DNA from: an uncultured Acidimicrobiia bacterium
GTDB lineage: Bacteria > Acidobacteriota > Terriglobia > Versatilivoradales > Versatilivoraceae
Assembly: GCA_963786955.1 (NCBI GenBank)
Contig: CAWBAT010000005.1
Coordinates: 1,344,001-1,408,000 of the forward strand
Direction of reading: 5' to 3'
Length of the DNA stretch: 64,000 nt
The translations under genes and the position numbers were made by a program. Positions 39,949 through 51,130 of the stretch are shown piece by piece (position 1 is the stretch's first letter; each line of letters starts with the position of its first letter). A model generated the notes under the pieces. It did no database searches and was not told the origin of the DNA. It saw nothing but the letters and a program-made list of their open reading frames with translations.

Positions 39949-41973
39949 TTGTTCATGAATCCTTCTGTTTCTTCGATGCAACGATCTGAAAATGCCTTTC
40001 GGGTTGCGCAGTTCACTCCTCGAGGTGACCAGGTTCAGGCCATCGAACAGTTGGTGAAAGGCTTGAATGACGGGGAAAAACACCAGGTATTGCTCGGCGT
40101 CACCGGATCCGGGAAGACCTACACCATGGCCAAGGTTGTCGAAGCGATCAACCGTCCCACCTTGGTATTGGCGCATAATAAAACTCTGGCCGCTCAACTT
40201 TGCCAGGAGTTTCGAACATTTTTTCCAGGTAACGCCGTTGATTATTTTGTGAGTTACTACGATTACTATCAGCCCGAAGCCTACATTGCCTCCACGGACA
40301 CCTACATTGAGAAAGAATCCACGATCAATGAAGAAATTGACAAGATGCGGATGTCAGCGACCCGCACTCTCTTCGAACGCCGCGACTGTATCATCGTGGC
40401 GAGCGTGAGTTGTATCTACGGGATTGGTTCTCCGGAGGCCTACTATGGGATGTTGCTCTTCCTGGAGAAAGGGCAACGGATCCGGCGGGAGGAGATCATT
40501 AAGAAGTTGGTCGAAATCCAGTACGAACGAGATGATTCGGACTTCCGTCGTGGAACCTTTCGGGTGCGGGGAGATTATGTCGAGATTTTTCCGGCTTATG
40601 ATGACGTTGCCTATCGGGTGGAGATGTTTGGAGAGGAAGTCGAAGGGCTCTATCAGATTGATCCACTTTATGGAGACGTTAAGATCACTTACGAGCGATT
40701 GCCGATTTACCCTAAATCGCACTATGTGACTCCGCGCAGTACCTTATTGAAGGCCATCAAGAGCATTAAAGCAGAATTGGAGTGGTGGCGGCCCCAGTTG
40801 GAAGCGCAAGGGAAGCTCATCGAAGCCCAGCGTCTTCATCAACGCACCCTTTTTGACATGGAGATGATGAAGGAGATTGGCTTCTGTCATGGGATTGAGA
40901 ACTATTCTCGTCACTTGTCCGGACGGCAGCCCGGTGAACCTCCACCGACACTTCTAGATTACCTGCCTAAGGACCATCTCATGATTATTGATGAAAGCCA
41001 TCAATCCGTTCCTCAGGTTCGCGGAATGTATAAGGGCGACCGTTCGCGAAAGGAGAATCTGGTTAACTATGGATTCCGTTTGCCTTCAGCTCTGGATAAC
41101 CGGCCCTTGAAATTTGAAGAATTTGAAGAGCGGCTGAATCAGGTTGTCTATGTCTCGGCTACCCCCGGCCCTTATGAACTGACCAAAACGGGAGGGGTTG
41201 TTGTAGAACAGATCATCCGTCCGACAGGACTAGTGGACCCGGAAGTGGAAGTCCGCCCCGTGCGAGGACAGATTGATGATTTACTCCATGAGATCCGGAT
41301 CCGTGAGAAAAACAAAGAGCGCGTGCTCGTCACCACCCTCACGAAACGAATGGCTGAAGATCTGGCGGAGTATTACCGGGAGGTCGGAGTTCGTTGCCGC
41401 TACATGCACTCGGAGATTGAGACGCTGGAACGCATTAAGATTCTTCGCGACTTGAGGCGTGGAGAATTTGATGTTCTCATTGGGATTAACCTGTTACGCG
41501 AAGGTCTCGATTTGCCGGAAGTCTCGCTAGTGGCCATATTGGATGCGGACAAAGAAGGTTTTCTCCGTTCGCGTGATTCCTTGATTCAAACGATGGGCCG
41601 GGCTGCACGTCACATCAACGGCCGCGCAATTCTGTATGCGGATGTCATGACCGAGTCTATGCGCAATGCCATCGGGGAGACGAATCGTCGTCGGGAGAGA
41701 CAAGTGCGGTATAACCAGGAAAATGGAATTACGCCGGAATCGATTGTCAAACCGATTGATGTCAGCCTGGTGGCCATGACGAAGGCAGATTATGTTGAAA
41801 TCCCGGTCGAAGAGGAGGTGCTGGAGTTTAATTCGTCCGACGAACTTGAGGCTTATATCATCAAGTTGCAGAAAGAGATGCGGGAGGTAGCCAAGAACTT
41901 TGAATTCGAGAGGGCCGCTCAGTTGCGAGACAAGATCAAAGCTTTGAAACAAAAGGAATTGGAATCACTGTAA
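39949..41973 (+). CDS. uvrB: Excinuclease ABC subunit B
   Basis: [39 protein letters not shown] and C-terminal UVR domain; start uncertain. Confidence 0.98.
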   Translation: MFMNPSVSSMQRSENAFRVAQFTPRGDQVQAIEQLVKGLNDGEKHQVLLGVTGSGKTYTMAKVVEAINRPTLVLAHNKTLAAQLCQEFRTFFPGNAVDYFVSYYDYYQPEAYIASTDTYIEKESTINEEIDKMRMSATRTLFERRDCIIVASVSCIYGIGSPEAYYGMLLFLEKGQRIRREEIIKKLVEIQYERDDSDFRRGTFRVRGDYVEIFPAYDDVAYRVEMFGEEVEGLYQIDPLYGDVKITYERLPIYPKSHYVTPRSTLLKAIKSIKAELEWWRPQLEAQGKLIEAQRLHQRTLFDMEMMKEIGFCHGIENYSRHLSGRQPGEPPPTLLDYLPKDHLMIIDESHQSVPQVRGMYKGDRSRKENLVNYGFRLPSALDNRPLKFEEFEERLNQVVYVSATPGPYELTKTGGVVVEQIIRPTGLVDPEVEVRPVRGQIDDLLHEIRIREKNKERVLVTTLTKRMAEDLAEYYREVGVRCRYMHSEIETLERIKILRDLRRGEFDVLIGINLLREGLDLPEVSLVAILDADKEGFLRSRDSLIQTMGRAARHINGRAILYADVMTESMRNAIGETNRRRERQVRYNQENGITPESIVKPIDVSLVAMTKADYVEIPVEEEVLEFNSSDELEAYIIKLQKEMREVAKNFEFERAAQLRDKIKALKQKELESL

Positions 41974-42087
41974 TTATCAGCCCGAATTCTTTCTCTGCTA
42001 TAATAGGTCCGTAAGACATTTTATCCCCCAGATTCTTCTAGAACTTCAGGCCTTGTCATCCTTAGATGTATCCGCAGGCGGGGACCG

Positions 42088-42849
42088 ATGAAAAGAATTC
42101 CAATCATCATCATTTTTCTGTTTGTCGCTGTCCTGCCTTTGTTGGCTGACGGGGGCAAACCAGTCGAAATTTCAGCCGAGAATCGCGCCGAGATTGATCA
42201 GTTGACGAAAAGGGCAGATTCTTTAATGGTTCGAAAGTTGTATGAAGACGCAATTCTTACCTATCAGAAAGTTCTCGTCCTGAATCCACGCGACCCCATT
42301 GCCCACAACAAGCTGGGGATTGCCTATCATTCGCTTCCGGACCTCCAGAAGGCTAAAGTGGAGTATGAACATGCGAAGAAATTGAATCCGAAGTATTATG
42401 AGGCCTGGAACAATCTGGGAACGGTGTACTACAGCCTGAAGAATTATAAAAAGGCAATCAAATATTACCAAAAAGCTGTTGTGCTCAATTCCATCTCCGC
42501 CATAGCCTACCACAACCTGGGGGCCGCCTATTTCGCAGTGAACAAGAGCGTTGAAGGTTTTCAGTCTTTACAAGAAGCTTTCCGGTTAGACCCCGCAATA
42601 CTTGAGAAGATCTCCAATTCTGGAACCATCATTCGCACGGCTGATGTGAATCAGGGAATCCAGAATTTCTATATAGCCAAGCTTTATGTTCAAAGCGGAC
42701 AAACCGAGAAGGCTATGAGCTATTTACTCAAGGCGCTTGAGAATGGTTTTGATGATTATGACAAAATCACTAAAGACCCGGATTTCAAGGCGCTGGCAGA
42801 AGATGAGCGTTTGGCCCGATTACTTCCTTCCAAGCCTAGCCCTCATTAG
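42088..42849 (+). CDS. Secreted tetratricopeptide repeat protein
   Basis: Signal peptide; TPR units (AWNNLGTVYY); extended -10 TGcTATAAT at 41996-42004. Confidence 0.88.
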   Translation: MKRIPIIIIFLFVAVLPLLADGGKPVEISAENRAEIDQLTKRADSLMVRKLYEDAILTYQKVLVLNPRDPIAHNKLGIAYHSLPDLQKAKVEYEHAKKLNPKYYEAWNNLGTVYYSLKNYKKAIKYYQKAVVLNSISAIAYHNLGAAYFAVNKSVEGFQSLQEAFRLDPAILEKISNSGTIIRTADVNQGIQNFYIAKLYVQSGQTEKAMSYLLKALENGFDDYDKITKDPDFKALAEDERLARLLPSKPSPH

Positions 42850-43235
42850 GCGAATCCTAAGGTGATCCAAGAGTAGGGGTATGTCATAGCAAGTTTCCAG
42901 CAACCCTGACAATTCCGCAGTAGGCGCTTACGCCGAAACAGCGGAATAATGACGTCCTCGCGCAGTCTGTCCAATTTTCAGTACCCTGCCTCTTAATTCT
43001 CTCCTCCAATATGCCGAAAAGGATAGAAGGCCGAGGCGCCTGATTCTGTTCTTTCCTGAGCTTTTGACAATAGGACCTCTCGGCGCCTGGTTTCCTCCTG
43101 TCGGGGGAAAGAGGGTTTGATTTGCCCAAGCGGGGTAATTCTGCGCTTCTCTGTCTGACATAATTTGCACTTTCATTCTTTTACGCGACAAATTCCCCAA
43201 GTGAGCCGGATGACGAACAGTTAGACACAAACTCT

Positions 43236-44774
43236 ATGCTCGAGACACTTGATCTCAATCTAACCCTGAGTAAAGAAGCTTTTCGGGAACGTCTTGCTTC
43301 GTTGCGCGAACAGTTGTGTGACCTGCAACAACGGATTCGGGCGGCCAAAATACCCGTGGTGGTTCTTTTCGAAGGTTGGGACGCGGCCGGCAAAGGAGAC
43401 TCGATTGGCAGTCTTGCCTATTCCCTCGATCCGCGCGGATTTAAGGTCTACTCAGCCAAAGAGCCTAATGAAGAGGAATTTCTTCGTCCATTTCTTTGGA
43501 GGTTTTGGTCCCGCTTACCGGGGAAGGGAAAGTTCCTGTTTCTCGATCGATCCTGGTATCGGGTGCTCCTTGAAGATCGGGTCGACGGGATCGTGAGCCG
43601 GAGAAAGGCCGAGTCCATTGCCTACGAAATTCGCGAATTTGAGCGCCAATTGTGTGACGACGGTATTGTCCTGATCAAATTTTGGCTTCATATTTCAAAA
43701 CAAGAGCAGAAGCGCCGTCTGAAAGATATTGGAGCAGACCAACATGAGCAATGGCGACTATCACAGCCTGACTGGAAGAAACGCCGTCGCTACAAAAAAT
43801 ACGCCAAAGCGGCGGAAGACTTGCTTGTCGCGACGAGCACGGCCAATGCCCCCTGGACCTTAGTCGAAGCCAATGACAGCAGATTTCGCAGAGTCAAAGT
43901 CTTAGACTCCGTCGTGGCGACACTGAAACGAGTTCTTTCAGAACGCGGACTGGGAACCCAAGGGCCGAGTGGGGGGCAGGCCAATCGATTCAATGAGGCT
44001 CAAAAGTCGGGAGGGGAAAGTTTGGGTCTCTCTTTCCATGTTTCTCCCTCTACCACTCATACGGTGCTCGAAAGAGTGGATCTGAGCAAGCGCCTCAGCC
44101 GCGAGGAGTATGAGAACAAAATCGGCAAGCTGCAGAACCGTCTTCGGGACCTTGGACTCGAATGCTATCGCCAGAGAGTAGGGGTTGTAGTCGTCTATGA
44201 GGGGTGGGATGCTGCCGGCAAAGGCGGGAATATTAAGCGACTCACTCAGGAACTCGATCCGCGCGGTTATGATGTGATTCCGATTGCTGCGCCGGATGCC
44301 ACAGAGATCTCCCACCACTACCTGTGGCGTTTTTGGAAGCAGTTGCCCAAGGCGGGACATATGGCAATCTTCGATCGAAGCTGGTATGGCCGGGTCTTAG
44401 TGGATCGGGTCGAAGGTTTTGCCACAGAAAATGAATGGCGCCGAGCTTATCAGGAGATCAATGTCTTCGAGCGCCATATCGAGTCGTCCGGTGCCGTGCT
44501 GTTTAAATTTTGGTTGCATTTCAGTCCTGAAGAACAGCTGCGCCGCTTTCTGGATAGGGAGACGACCCCACACAAAATGCACAAGATCAGTCTGGATGAT
44601 TGGCGCGCCCGGGCGCGCTGGAACGATTACATGCTTGCAGTGTCGGAAATGGTAGAAAGAACCAGCACTGTGCACGCCCCCTGGACGTTAGTGGAAGCAG
44701 AAGATAAACTCTGGGCGCGCGTGAAAACACTTTCCACTCTGGTAGGTGCTCTTGAAAAAAGACTTAAGCTTTGA
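43236..44774 (+). CDS. Two-domain PPK2 family, polyphosphate:AMP phosphotransferase
   Basis: Duplicated EGWDAAGKG and DRSWY motifs. Confidence 0.93.
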   Translation: MLETLDLNLTLSKEAFRERLASLREQLCDLQQRIRAAKIPVVVLFEGWDAAGKGDSIGSLAYSLDPRGFKVYSAKEPNEEEFLRPFLWRFWSRLPGKGKFLFLDRSWYRVLLEDRVDGIVSRRKAESIAYEIREFERQLCDDGIVLIKFWLHISKQEQKRRLKDIGADQHEQWRLSQPDWKKRRRYKKYAKAAEDLLVATSTANAPWTLVEANDSRFRRVKVLDSVVATLKRVLSERGLGTQGPSGGQANRFNEAQKSGGESLGLSFHVSPSTTHTVLERVDLSKRLSREEYENKIGKLQNRLRDLGLECYRQRVGVVVVYEGWDAAGKGGNIKRLTQELDPRGYDVIPIAAPDATEISHHYLWRFWKQLPKAGHMAIFDRSWYGRVLVDRVEGFATENEWRRAYQEINVFERHIESSGAVLFKFWLHFSPEEQLRRFLDRETTPHKMHKISLDDWRARARWNDYMLAVSEMVERTSTVHAPWTLVEAEDKLWARVKTLSTLVGALEKRLKL

Positions 44775-44950
44775 ACCCGAGTTCCGAAGTTGGGCGTGCG
44801 TCGCTAGGTGGAGCGGGCGCTCCTGCGCACGCTCAATGAACGCACGGCGGAGCTTGCGTTCCACCTGAATCCGCAGGTCATCGATACACTTTTCCCCTTT
44901 CCTGAGCGTCTGGCAAGTCTCAGGCAAATCAGCAAATCGATAGAAATCCC
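44774..44950. mobile_element. MITE-like element family A, right end interrupted by another REP
   Basis: Starts aacccgagttccgaagtt at the PPK2 stop codon; body matches 5271-5445. Confidence 0.8.
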
Positions 44951-45035
44951 TGTCGCCGGGTAGGGTCGCCCGGCCTACAGCCGTTATAGGCCGCATGACC
45001 TCACGCGGCGGCTGGTGTTGAGGAATCCGGGTTAG

Positions 45036-45569
45036 TCACTCCATGAGGGAAAGATCGATGTCAATATTTTCTTCCCTTTCCACTTCAGCAAAGCGAGTGC
45101 GTAATTGATTGATGTTGAGACCGGCAGGGACAGATAGGTCTGCCTCCATCCGGAAAATGGGCGTGCCACTGACTGGAGCCGGATAAGTTTTGGTCTCCAT
45201 CGATTCGATGTTGATTGACATCTCGCTCAAGAGGGCGCTCAAGCGGTGAACAACCCCCGGATGATCCATGCAGGACGCCGTAAGTCGATAGGGAAGAGTT
45301 TGGGAAGAAGTCATCTTGCTGGAGGGCCTTTTCACCCAAATCGTCAAGCCAGTCATCGTTCCCAGTTCATTGTAAGTGCGCGCGATTTTCGTCAGATTTT
45401 CGGATAGCCCTGTGATGAGGATGATCAGGGCAAATTCTCCACAAAAGACCGCCATCTTGCTGTCTTCGATATTGCATCCTTGTTCAACGATAAATTCCGA
45501 AATCTTTTCAACCAAACCAATTTGATCCCGCCCAACCGCAGTCAGGATGAGGCTTTCTTTTTCTTGCAT
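45036..45569 (-). CDS. GcvR-like double ACT domain protein
   Basis: LTAVGRDQIGLV, CNIEDSKM and DHPGVV; SD GGGGAG. Confidence 0.88.
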   Translation of the reverse strand: MQEKESLILTAVGRDQIGLVEKISEFIVEQGCNIEDSKMAVFCGEFALIILITGLSENLTKIARTYNELGTMTGLTIWVKRPSSKMTSSQTLPYRLTASCMDHPGVVHRLSALLSEMSINIESMETKTYPAPVSGTPIFRMEADLSVPAGLNINQLRTRFAEVEREENIDIDLSLME

Positions 45570-45872
45570 TTCATCTCCCCCTTGTTTCCATATGAAAAGT
45601 TTTTGCAAGGGATATTGACATCGTTTCTCCGATTTTCTCTATATGGCCCGGGGTTGCTCTTCCCGTCATCCCTTGTTGTTAAAGGGATTTTACAGGGCGC
45701 CCTTCTCCCTCACAAATGTGAGTTAAAGAAAACCGCGGAGTAGGACGCCCGCTAATCATTGACGCCATCGCCAACAAATCCGAAATAACTCCGGTGCGTT
45801 CTTCGATTTCATCTGGTAGACTCATAGGGAATCCGTAGGCTGGCGTGAATACCTGAAAGGGAGGAACTCACT

Positions 45873-46583
45873 GTGCGTAGTTTTATCATATTTTCTCTTA
45901 TTATCGTTTTGTTAACTTCCGGGGGAATCTCAATTGGCCAGGCGCAAACGAAAGAGGCCAATCGTTTGAAATCCTCGGCTACGGTCTTAAATGAGATCAT
46001 GGCTACGCCAGACAAATCGATACCCGAAGATCTACTCACCAAGTGTGCCTGTGTGGTGGTAATCCCATCCATGAAAAAGGGTGGGTTTATTTTCGGCGGC
46101 CGCTATGGACGTGGCGCGGTGAGTTGCCGCAAGAACGGCGGGACAGGCGAATGGGGTCCTCCATCGATGGTTGATTTGACTGGAGGCAGTTTTGGCTTGT
46201 TGGCCGGAGGAGCTGCTGTAGATGTCGTCATGTTGGTCATGGACCTGGATGGGATCAATAGTCTCATCAAAAACAAGTTCACGCTCGGCGGTGATGCATC
46301 TGTTGCAGCCGGCCCGGTAGGGAGATCAAGTTCGGCCGAGACGGATGCGTACATGAAAGCAAAAATCCTGAGCTATTCCCGCAGTCAAGGGGTCTTTGTC
46401 GGCCTGGAACTCAATGGTGCAGTGCTCAAGCAGGATCGCGATGCCAATCAGGTAATTTATGGAAAGGTTGTCGGTGCCAAAGACTTGCTTTTCGACGCGA
46501 CTGAGCCGGTTCCAAAAGATGCCCAGGAGTTTATTCAGACACTGAACAAATACTCTCCTGCTCGGTACAGGAAACCTTCGTAG
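45873..46583 (+). CDS. Lipid-binding SYLF (Ysc84) domain protein
   Basis: KGGFIFGGRYGRG, ASVAAGPVGR and YSRSQG. Confidence 0.92.
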   Translation: MRSFIIFSLIIVLLTSGGISIGQAQTKEANRLKSSATVLNEIMATPDKSIPEDLLTKCACVVVIPSMKKGGFIFGGRYGRGAVSCRKNGGTGEWGPPSMVDLTGGSFGLLAGGAAVDVVMLVMDLDGINSLIKNKFTLGGDASVAAGPVGRSSSAETDAYMKAKILSYSRSQGVFVGLELNGAVLKQDRDANQVIYGKVVGAKDLLFDATEPVPKDAQEFIQTLNKYSPARYRKPS

Positions 46584-46724
46584 GAATATCCCTGATCGAC
46601 TTCAAGGGAAGTCCAGATCACCCTGCTTGCACCGAAGATGCAGTCACGGCCATCTCAACGCCTAGTTTGTTCTGGCTAGAGGGCCGGTCCCTCCGGACGT
46701 CGGAAGGATGTTTTCAGGCCGGCA

Positions 46725-47612
46725 TCAAGATTTGAGTTCTCCTCCTCCATTTAAAGCTTCCAATGCGAGAATGAGCGCTTGAGTTCCTTTTTTGGCCCCT
46801 CCACACGCTAGCACAGCCTGGTAGAGCTGCTTAACTAAAGCTGTTCCAGGTAGGGCTAGATTCATTCGTTCAGCCTCGGCTGTTATGATCCCCATGTCTT
46901 TAATGAAATGCTCGACATAAAAGCCCGGCTCCAAATCCCCCTTGAGAATCCGCGGCATCAGGTTTTGCAGGGCCCAAGAAGTTGCGGCTCCTCCGCTGAC
47001 ACTCTGTAAGACACTTTCAAGATTGAGTCCCGCTCTTCGAGCATACATCAATCCCTCGCAGAGGCTGAGCATGATTCCGGTGATGAGGATCTGGTTCACC
47101 ATCTTGGCATGTTGTCCTGCTCCCGCTGGGCCGTGCAGGAGAATGGTTTTTCCCAGCTTCTCAAATAATGGTTTCATCTGCTCAAAAGTATCGGAGTCTC
47201 CGCCTACCATGATGGACAAGGCGGCATTCTTTGCGCCCACATCCCCCCCAGTTACCGGGGCATCGAGCAGGCGCAATCCCCGTTTCGTTCCTTCTAAAGA
47301 CAAGCGCTGAGCCAAGGCTGGGCTGCTGGTCGTCATATCCACGGCTACCGTGCCAGGCTGGGCCGTTGAAAAAATCCCTACGGAACCAAGATAGACTTCC
47401 TCGACATCACTGGGAAGGCCAACCATCGTGAAGACGGTTTCCGAATTTTCAGCCACAGAGGCAGGTGTTTCTCCCCAGACGGCCCCACGTTGCAGAAGTA
47501 CCTCCGCTTTTTCCTTGCTGCGGTTGTAAACCGTCAGGGTGTGACCGGCAGTGAGTAAATGGCCTGCCAGAGATCGACCCATCACTCCTGTTCCAATCCA
47601 TCCGATTCGCAT
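46725..47612 (-). CDS. NAD(P)-dependent beta-hydroxyacid dehydrogenase (GarR/MmsB family)
   Basis: IGTGVMG, DAPVTGG and GAGQHAKMVNQ. Confidence 0.92.
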   Translation of the reverse strand: MRIGWIGTGVMGRSLAGHLLTAGHTLTVYNRSKEKAEVLLQRGAVWGETPASVAENSETVFTMVGLPSDVEEVYLGSVGIFSTAQPGTVAVDMTTSSPALAQRLSLEGTKRGLRLLDAPVTGGDVGAKNAALSIMVGGDSDTFEQMKPLFEKLGKTILLHGPAGAGQHAKMVNQILITGIMLSLCEGLMYARRAGLNLESVLQSVSGGAATSWALQNLMPRILKGDLEPGFYVEHFIKDMGIITAEAERMNLALPGTALVKQLYQAVLACGGAKKGTQALILALEALNGGGELKS

Positions 47613-47661
47613 CTCTTCTTCTCCTTCTCTTTCATGGGGGATAGGGCCTGCTTCTTAACGG

Positions 47662-48429
47662 TTACGCTCGCTTATACTTCTTGAGAGTGCTGGCCAAATT
47701 CTGCATTCCAGCTGCAACAACTCCTCCGTCGGATCCCAGCGCTACGAATGTGAACCCTTCGCTGAGCACAAGTTCCACTTCTCCGGCGTTCGAAACCAGT
47801 ATCCCGGGAGCTTTACCGTTGCTTTTGCAGGCGGCAACCACTTTTGCTAATGCCTTTCGGAATTCAGGATGATCGAAATTCCGCTCCAAACCTAGGCTAG
47901 CACTAAGATCTGTTGGCCCCACGAACAAGACATCAGCTCCATCAACGCCCGCAATAGCTTCGGCCTGCTCGACGGCTTGACGAGTTTCGATCTGAATGAC
48001 AGTCAGGAGCTGATCGTTAGCCGTCGCGAAATATTGCTCAAAGCCGGTTCCGAACCTGCAAGCGCGATTAAGGCTGGCTACCCCGCGAATTCCATGGGGA
48101 GGATAGCGCATCGCTTCAACTGCCTGTCGTGCCTGGTCAGCCGTGTTGACATAGGGAACCATGATGCCGGATGGGCCCAAGTCGAGGGCACGCTTGAAGC
48201 GAGGTGCCTCATTCCAGGCAATTCTCACGATTGGCGCTGCCGGTGTGCACCCGGCAGCTTGCAACTGGTGAACGAGCTCTGAAAAATCTCCAGAGCCGTG
48301 CTCCAGATCGATCAAGAGCCAATCAAATCCTGTGTTTCCGGCGATCTCGACAGTCAATGCCGATCCGAGATTCAGAAAAGTTCCAGTCATTAGTTGACCG
48401 TCCAATACTTTGTGGCGGATGGAGAGCAT
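47662..48429 (-). CDS. HpcH/HpaI (GarL-like) aldolase
   Basis: DLEHG, RYPPHGIRG, QIET and FVGPTDL. Confidence 0.92.
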   Translation of the reverse strand: MLSIRHKVLDGQLMTGTFLNLGSALTVEIAGNTGFDWLLIDLEHGSGDFSELVHQLQAAGCTPAAPIVRIAWNEAPRFKRALDLGPSGIMVPYVNTADQARQAVEAMRYPPHGIRGVASLNRACRFGTGFEQYFATANDQLLTVIQIETRQAVEQAEAIAGVDGADVLFVGPTDLSASLGLERNFDHPEFRKALAKVVAACKSNGKAPGILVSNAGEVELVLSEGFTFVALGSDGGVVAAGMQNLASTLKKYKRA

Positions 48430-48716
48430 AGGTTATTTGTTCCTTTCTTGTGATACGAGAACCACCGGATGGTGGGATATGCATGCGGCAGATGCAACTT
48501 TGCCATGAATAAAAACCCATGAATACCAGATTCGAGGTGTTGGAATCAATTTTGTTCTTACTGAGCCCAGTAGCGACAGGCTTCCACGCCCGTCATCGCG
48601 GCTGAAAATCAGGCTGGTTATCAACAATAAGAAGCGCCGGAGCCAGCCGACTGGTGGATTAAGCTGTCCGCCAATTTCGTCGAATTCGCCCCCGATCCTT
48701 CGCGGGTAATTCTAGA

Positions 48717-49028
48717 GGGTGGAGCGGGCGCTCCGGCGCACGCTCAGTGAACGCGCGACAGCGCGCGCGTTCCACCCTTGTTTCCATTCGGCCTCGTAGA
48801 TCTCGGCCCTCACACCGAGAATCTGATTTGGAGGGCGGAGCTCCGCAACGCCGTTTTCGCCGAGAAACACCGTCCGTAGGGGCGAAGCATTCAGTGACGG
48901 TTGATGAATCGGTTTCTGCATAGCAAGCAAATGCTTCGCCCCTACAAAATTCATCACCACGAAATTCATTCGTCCCACACCTGTTTCCTCTTGCACCATC
49001 ACGGCCTCGGAAGACTCGGGCCTTCAAT
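48717..49028. repeat. Mosaic of at least three REP families
   Basis: Family A core ggtggagcgggcgctcc...gttccacc; tggagggcggagctcc (also near 39670 reversed); gtaggggcgaagcatt...aatgcttcgcccctac. Confidence 0.75.
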
Positions 49029-49107
49029 CAATCTTGGATTCGGCCGAGGGAATAGACATGAGCTATCGTGCTTGCTTCTTCCGTTGCCACACCCATATAA
49101 TTCCCGC

Positions 49108-50652
49108 GTGAAATTAAGACGTTCGAGTGGCATTCTTCTTCATCCAACTTCTCTTCCAGGCCGATTTGGCATCGGCGACTTGGGGCCGGAAGCTTTTCAG
49201 TTTGTCGATTTCCTCCATTCAACAAGACAGTCTCTCTGGCAGGTGTTGCCTCTAGGTCCTACGGGTTACGGGGATTCTCCCTACCAAACTTTTTCTGCTT
49301 TTGCAGGAAATCCGTTGCTCATCAGTCTTGAAAAGCTTTCGGAAGAAGGACTCCTTGCGCCCTGCGATTTAGACAATCCCCCTTCTGGATCATTATCGAA
49401 GGTTGATTTCAGCGCCGTCACGGCGTGGAAGCTTCCTCTACTCAGAAAGGCCTACGAGAAGTTCTGGTCTCATGCCTCAGCTTCGCAGCGCGAAGTATTC
49501 CAATCTTTTTGTATGAGGAACGCTTCTTGGCTGGAAGATTATGCCCTCTTCATGGCAGTGAAACAAAAGCACGGAGGCATTGCCTGGAATGATTGGGAAG
49601 GGCCCATTGCTCAGCGGGAGCCCGAGGCTCTAACGAAATGGGCCCATGAGTTTGCGGGTGAAATAGACTCTCACAAATTCACCCAGTTCCTTTTCTTCCA
49701 TCAGTGGAAGGAACTTAAGCAATACTGTCACAACCGCGCAGTCCAGGTCATGGGAGACATCCCGATTTTTGTGTCGCGCGATAGTTCGGACGTTTGGGCC
49801 CATCCAGAATTGTTTTGTCTGGATGCAGAAGGAAGCCCAACGGTGGTTGCCGGTGTCCCCCCCGACTATTTCAGCGCGACTGGGCAGCTTTGGGGAAATC
49901 CGTTGTATCGTTGGGAGATCATGGAGCACTCCGGATTTGGTTGGTGGATCGAACGGTTTCGAGCCGCCTTTGAATTGTTCGAGCTCGTCCGTTTGGACCA
50001 TTTTCGTGGGTTTGAGGCTTATTGGGAAGTGCCTGCCTCGGAGAAAACAGCAGTGGCAGGTCGGTGGGTGAAAGGTCCAGGAGCGGCCCTATTCGAAGCA
50101 GTGCGCAAGGAATTCGGGAATTTGCCAATAGTCGCCGAAAATCTGGGGGTCATTACGCCCGAAGTAGTCGAGTTGATGGAGCAATTTGGTTTCCCGGGAA
50201 TGGCTGTCCTGCAATTTGCTTTCGCTGCCGCTTCACCAGCCTCTGATTTTTTGCCCCACAATTATAGACGGAATCAGGTCGTGTATACCGGGACGCACGA
50301 CAATAATACAACCATCGGGTGGTGGACCGACACAGGCACTCTGGATAGTACTCGCACGCTTCAAGAAGTAGATCAAGAGCGGGCTTTCGCTTTGAAATAC
50401 CTGGCCACTGACGCTATCGACATCCACTGGACGTTTATCCGAGCGGTTTTCGCTTCAGTCGCCAACCTGGCCATTGTCCCGCTGCAGGATCTTTTGGGTC
50501 TTGGGAGTGAAGCGAGAATGAACCTGCCCGCAAAGCCTGATGGCAACTGGCGTTGGCGCTATCGTCGCGAAATGATCACTCCGGAAATAGCAGAACGTCT
50601 CAAGGGAATGACGATCCTTTATGGGCGCGCGACAACGGGGGGGCCACTATGA
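49108..50652 (+). CDS. malQ: 4-alpha-glucanotransferase (amylomaltase, GH77)
   Basis: SGILLHPTSLPG, GDIPIFV, GVPPDYFSATGQLWGNP, RLDHFRG and YTGTHDN; GTG start 6 nt after TATAAT. Confidence 0.96.
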   Translation: MKLRRSSGILLHPTSLPGRFGIGDLGPEAFQFVDFLHSTRQSLWQVLPLGPTGYGDSPYQTFSAFAGNPLLISLEKLSEEGLLAPCDLDNPPSGSLSKVDFSAVTAWKLPLLRKAYEKFWSHASASQREVFQSFCMRNASWLEDYALFMAVKQKHGGIAWNDWEGPIAQREPEALTKWAHEFAGEIDSHKFTQFLFFHQWKELKQYCHNRAVQVMGDIPIFVSRDSSDVWAHPELFCLDAEGSPTVVAGVPPDYFSATGQLWGNPLYRWEIMEHSGFGWWIERFRAAFELFELVRLDHFRGFEAYWEVPASEKTAVAGRWVKGPGAALFEAVRKEFGNLPIVAENLGVITPEVVELMEQFGFPGMAVLQFAFAAASPASDFLPHNYRRNQVVYTGTHDNNTTIGWWTDTGTLDSTRTLQEVDQERAFALKYLATDAIDIHWTFIRAVFASVANLAIVPLQDLLGLGSEARMNLPAKPDGNWRWRYRREMITPEIAERLKGMTILYGRATTGGPL

Positions 50653-50699
50653 TTTTACGCGGATCTCCCCCTTCTCCCCCTACCAAAGGGAGGCGACGA

Positions 50700-50966
50700 A
50701 ACAAATTCCTACCGTTGCTTTCTCAATGGTTTAAACAACGAGTTTACAAGTTGGAGAAAGAAGCATTGTATGATGCAAGTCATTTCAGCCCTGCTTTGGA
50801 AAAAGCGATGGAATGGGGTGATCGGATTCCCATCGGACTCTTCTATCGGCAGGAGAGGGCGGTGTACGAAGACAGCGGGCCGGCAGTCCAAAAAGGGCCA
50901 CTGGTCGATCAGGAACTCAAGGTAGATCGGGAGTTATTTGAAAGCCTTGTTGGGGAACTTGTTTGA
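50700..50966 (+). pseudogene. C-terminal remnant of 2-oxoacid:ferredoxin oxidoreductase beta subunit (KorB/PorB)
   Basis: WFKQRVYKL...YD......A.EKAMEWGDRIPIGLFY.....YED resembles PFO_beta_C; TPP-binding N-terminus absent. Confidence 0.7.
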
Positions 50967-51130
50967 AGTGTTGCACCCGCCTCCTAAAGAGTTGCAACTG
51001 CCCCAGACGCAGGAATGCGCTCTAAAAAGGAATTGACCATCGAGGCATAGGCATGCTCTTGTAGTCAGTAAGGAGCAGTCTTGATTCCTGCTATGTCATC
51101 CGGGAGTGATGGCCAAGGTGATGGTGAAGA

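Noticed and set aside
48901-49107. Long N-terminal extension of MalQ (and similarly 54214-54390 and 37450-37560)
   Set aside because: The open frames run through REP/MITE DNA, and better starts lie downstream.
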